A stretch of 63,969 bases of DNA, filler included, from Octopus bimaculoides (Eukaryota): the NCBI RefSeq assembly GCF_001194135.2. It is 7 parts of 7 records of this genome, joined end to end, with 100 filler letters (N's around TTAATTAATTAA, not from the genome) between each part and the next. Parts side by side here need not be neighbours in the genome. Positions count along the whole stretch, not along the records: positions 60,445 to 63,969 come from NC_068995.1; 6 more parts are not named here. One strand, given 5' to 3'. Shown here piece after piece: positions 60,516 to 63,969 of this stretch. A program made the translations under genes and the position numbers. Every line of letters starts with the position of its first letter. Position 1 is the stretch's first letter. Below the pieces are notes generated by a model. It was not told the DNA's origin, ran no database searches, and worked only from the letters and a program-made list of their open reading frames with translations.

Positions 60516-60740
60516 ATGCGTGTGTCTATGTGTTTGTGTGTCTGTGTTTATCCCCCCCAGCATCGCTTAACAACCGATGCTGGTGTGTTTACGTCCCCAT
60601 AATCTAGCGGTTCGGCAAGAGAAACCGATAGAATAAGTAGTGGGCTTACAAAGAATAAGTCCTGGGGCCGATTTGCTCGACTAAAGGCGGTGCTCCAGCA
60701 TGGCCAGAGTCAAATGACTGAAACAAGTGAAAGAGAGTAT
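60500..60740 (+). mobile_element. SINE family B 3' part
   Basis: caaccgatgctggtgtgtttacgtcccc...ctcgactaaaggcggtgctccagcatggcc..gtcaaatgactgaaacaag. Confidence 0.88.
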
Positions 60741-60913
60741 ATGTCTGTTTGTATGTCTTTCTTTCTCTCCATGTATGTATATATTTGAAAAAAAATGATT
60801 AAGAACCGCTTTTGTGATAATTGTTTTCAATTTTATAAGTAGTTTACAAATCATACATACATACATACATACATACACATACATACATACATACATACAT
60901 ACATACATACACA

Positions 60914-60947
<34 letters not shown>

Positions 60948-62758
60948 CATACATACACAGACGAACATACACATGCGCATGTAGCCGTAATCTAGTGAAT
61001 CCAAGCCAAGACGAACGAATGTATCTCCAGTGCGTTGAGAGCTATTTAGTTACTATTTCAAAGACGTCGTTTGGTCACATATAGGCTCCTTTTGTTGGTT
61101 GTTTTGTTGTAGTTGTTGTTGTTGTCATCGTTGTTGTTATTGTGCAGTTCTTACTCATTACTCTCTTGAATGAAATTACTGAAACAAAAACTAAATAAAC
61201 CAGATCAACAATAGAAAATAAAATGACATGCAATTTAATATTTTGCTTGCTTTCTCGTTTTTCAACTCTTACCTCTCTCTTGTAGTATTTCATGATTGAA
61301 TAATCGTCGTTGACCTAGAGACATTTTGTTAAACGCGCCAAAAAATCAGTGTAATATGACCTAGTGAAGGATCCTCTACGGCAGGGTTCCCAACATGGGT
61401 TGCTAGTACGACCTGGGGGTGCGAAATGGCATTTCACGGGGTGTAAAAAAGAGGGAAGGTGTATACTTCATTAAAATCGCATTAAAAAAATTATGTATGA
61501 CGTATAAGAGCAGGCATGGCTGTCTGGTTAAGATGTTTGCTTCGCAACTGCGTAATTTCAGGGTTCACTCCTTCTTCGCAGCACCTTGGGCAAGTGTAGT
61601 TTCTAACGTTGTACATTGCAGAATTTAAAATAAGTACAGTAGCCTATTCCAATATTCTGTAATTAAAGAGAGCCCCAACCACAAGCAATGGATTATTGTA
61701 CTTATAAAACTCATGGCAAAAAACTCGGATATAGCTTCATTTATATAGAAGATCAATAATAAAAGATTACACATGTAAAGCAGAAACGACTTGTGAGAGA
61801 CTGTAGAGCACCGCCTTAAATACCTTATAGTAGATTTCAAGCAAACTATAAACAAACAAAAACAAACGGTGAATTGATGACGGTGAACTTACCGGACATG
61901 TTTGTAGTATTTAGTTTTATCCTTCTTACACTAGAATTTCAAATCCCGACGATGTCGCCACTGTTTTTCATTTTGCCACAGTCGATAAAAATAAATACCC
62001 GTTACATTAACGGGTTGGTTTCATTGTATACTCATTATTTAGCAAATTATTTGGACGTGTACGAAAGTCAGAAAGCGATAAATTATGGCAACATAAAGTT
62101 CGGTTAGGCGTGGAATCCGTGCAATTATTATTATATTAATGTATTTTTAAACATCTTTTCGCCATTGCAAACCGTTTCATTTTAACACTAATCATTGTTT
62201 ATGGCTTTGAAATGGAAAACTGAATGGGGCGAATTCACATTTAAAATATCATCAATGAAATTTCATTTGGTATCCTTTGAAACTGTTCAATAAATTTCTA
62301 AATAAACTAACAAATAAATAAATAAATAAATAACTCTTAAAAAGTGTGAAACCAACAAATTCGAATTTGGAACTACCATTCTGTAGCATTCATTTGGTTG
62401 AGATCAATACAAATACGAATTGTGTAAACACGTTTTTCGACGTTGATTTCCGAGACAGTTTATTAAGTATTTTCAATTTTATGGATCAATACTTCTCCAT
62501 ATGTTGAAAGGAGGATTCTGTTTATGTTGTTTGTATTTATTATTAATGGTGGGTTATATATTATTACATGCTAGCAAAAATTACATGTTTCTGTGTAATG
62601 TTACGTCTATATTGATGTTTCCCTTTGCAAAGGAACAAACAACCGATCGGTCGCTCTCTAATCGAGTAACAAATGCTCTTTTGATAAATTTTCGAGCAAT
62701 GAGCAGCATTGACGTCCATGTGTACGTGTCTCCACGCACGCACGCACGTACGCACGCA

Positions 62759-62790
<32 letters not shown>

Positions 62791-62799
62791 AACACACAC

Positions 62800-63095
62800 A
62801 CACGTATGTGCGTATCTATCTGCAAATCTATCTACCAATCTATCTCTTGCTGTACTGCTAAGTTACGGGGTTGTAAACAAACGAACATCGATTGCAAACG
62901 TATGGGAGAGACAAAGAGAAAGACACGCGCTCACACACGCACATATTCTAACGGCTTCCATACAGTTTCTGTTTCCCAAATTCACTCATAAGTCTGTAGA
63001 AGAGGCTCGTCCTAGGTGCCACGCAGCGGGACTGAACTGGAAACCACGTAGCTTCGAAGCGAACTTCTTAACCTCACAGCTATGCCCACACCTAT
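62800..63095 (-). mobile_element. SINE family B
   Basis: gctaagttacggggttgtaaac...ggtgccacgcagcgggactgaactggaaaccacg. Confidence 0.8.
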
Positions 63096-63295
63096 AGTGC
63101 ACCAGAATATTTAGACGTCCACATAATTACTTCAATTTATAACTAGTTTATAAATCATAACAATTATGTACTTGAATGAGACATCATCGACGGTGTGAAG
63201 GCTCAACTGTATGAATTACTTATATTATTGATCATAAAGTATTCACTATCGTTATTGTTTCACCTTAGATATGACCTGACCAAGAAGATCTACAA

Positions 63296-63565
63296 TTAAC
63301 TCTTTAGTACTTAAACTGGCTATATTTAGCCAAAATATTTTACCCATTTTACTCAGATCTAGCCTCTTACACCTGCTTTACAATGTCATTCTACAATTAA
63401 AATATCATGGCCGCAGTCAAATGACTGAAACAAGTAAAAGATAAAAGATAGAAAATATCACGTCATTGAAATCTCAAAGCCACGTGATAATGCTTGATTA
63501 ATTCAAACCGGTGTGAATTAATAAGCAGAACATTTGACAAAGTAATCTGAATGCTAAGAGGTTCA
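63296..63565. mobile_element. TTAA-flanked MITE (family of 27940) interrupted by a SINE B tail
   Basis: ttaactctttagtact ... tctgaatgctaagaggtt; insert tggccgcagtcaaatgactgaaacaagtaaaagataaaag at about 63407-63450. Confidence 0.65.
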
Positions 63566-63969
63566 GGGCATTTCAAAGCTGTGACCACTTCACCTTTCTA
63601 TATTTCAGTGTCTTTCCAATTTTAGAAAAGATAGGGTTTGGCCTATGAGGAATTCAGTTGCCTTTTTTTTTATCTGGTCGAGCTATCATTTCGAAGTTCC
63701 TTCGTTAGTTCTTGGTATTCGAAAGTAGAGACACTACGCAGTTTCTTATTTGAATATTATTATTTCAAAGCGAACGAAATATTCTATTCTTATACTCAAG
63801 AGAAACTTCCGACCAAATATTGTCTCTTGGCACCAGAATTAATAGTTTTGGTTAGTCTAAATAAGGTTCAGTACCACATTCGTTTCGTTCCCTCCCGCTG
63901 AGTCAAGCATGCAAATGATATTTCCTTACAGTCTGGTTAAACTGTCATCAGTCTCATGCAGAGAGCTGT

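Noticed and set aside
61625-62107. Hydrophobic ORFs and a minus-strand gtaagt donor near 61890
   Set aside because: AT-rich composition explains the hydrophobicity; the donor lies within a degraded family A SINE
1-63969. CRISPR arrays, rRNA genes, prokaryotic operons
   Set aside because: No regularly spaced repeat-spacer array, rRNA-like sequence or dense gene packing; the DNA is eukaryotic

Overview
AT-rich, repeat-saturated eukaryotic genomic DNA with many assembly gaps (N runs, six carrying an artificial TTAATTAATTAA linker). The SINE families and LINE clades look like those of an octopus (inference from recalled repeat families, not from a database search). Most of the window is transposon debris: several tRNA-derived SINE families, RTE, CRE, Dong/R4 and Penelope-like retroelements, an internally deleted Gypsy element, mariner/Tc1, hAT, piggyBac-like, Tigger-like and MULE-like DNA elements, and microsatellites. 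No host protein-coding gene, rRNA, true tRNA or CRISPR array could be identified with confidence. Two CpG-depleted domains (about 1-9.3 kb and about 23-38.7 kb) suggest methylated gene bodies, with low-confidence candidate exons and a good RFX X-box at 22631. The best candidate for an undescribed system is at 30098-30553: a SINE-like element with a tRNA-derived Pol III head (A and B boxes) whose tail carries a minimal, Penelope-type hammerhead ribozyme core, present as two inverted copies. Boundaries of degraded repeats are approximate, and family names for SINE domains are from memory.
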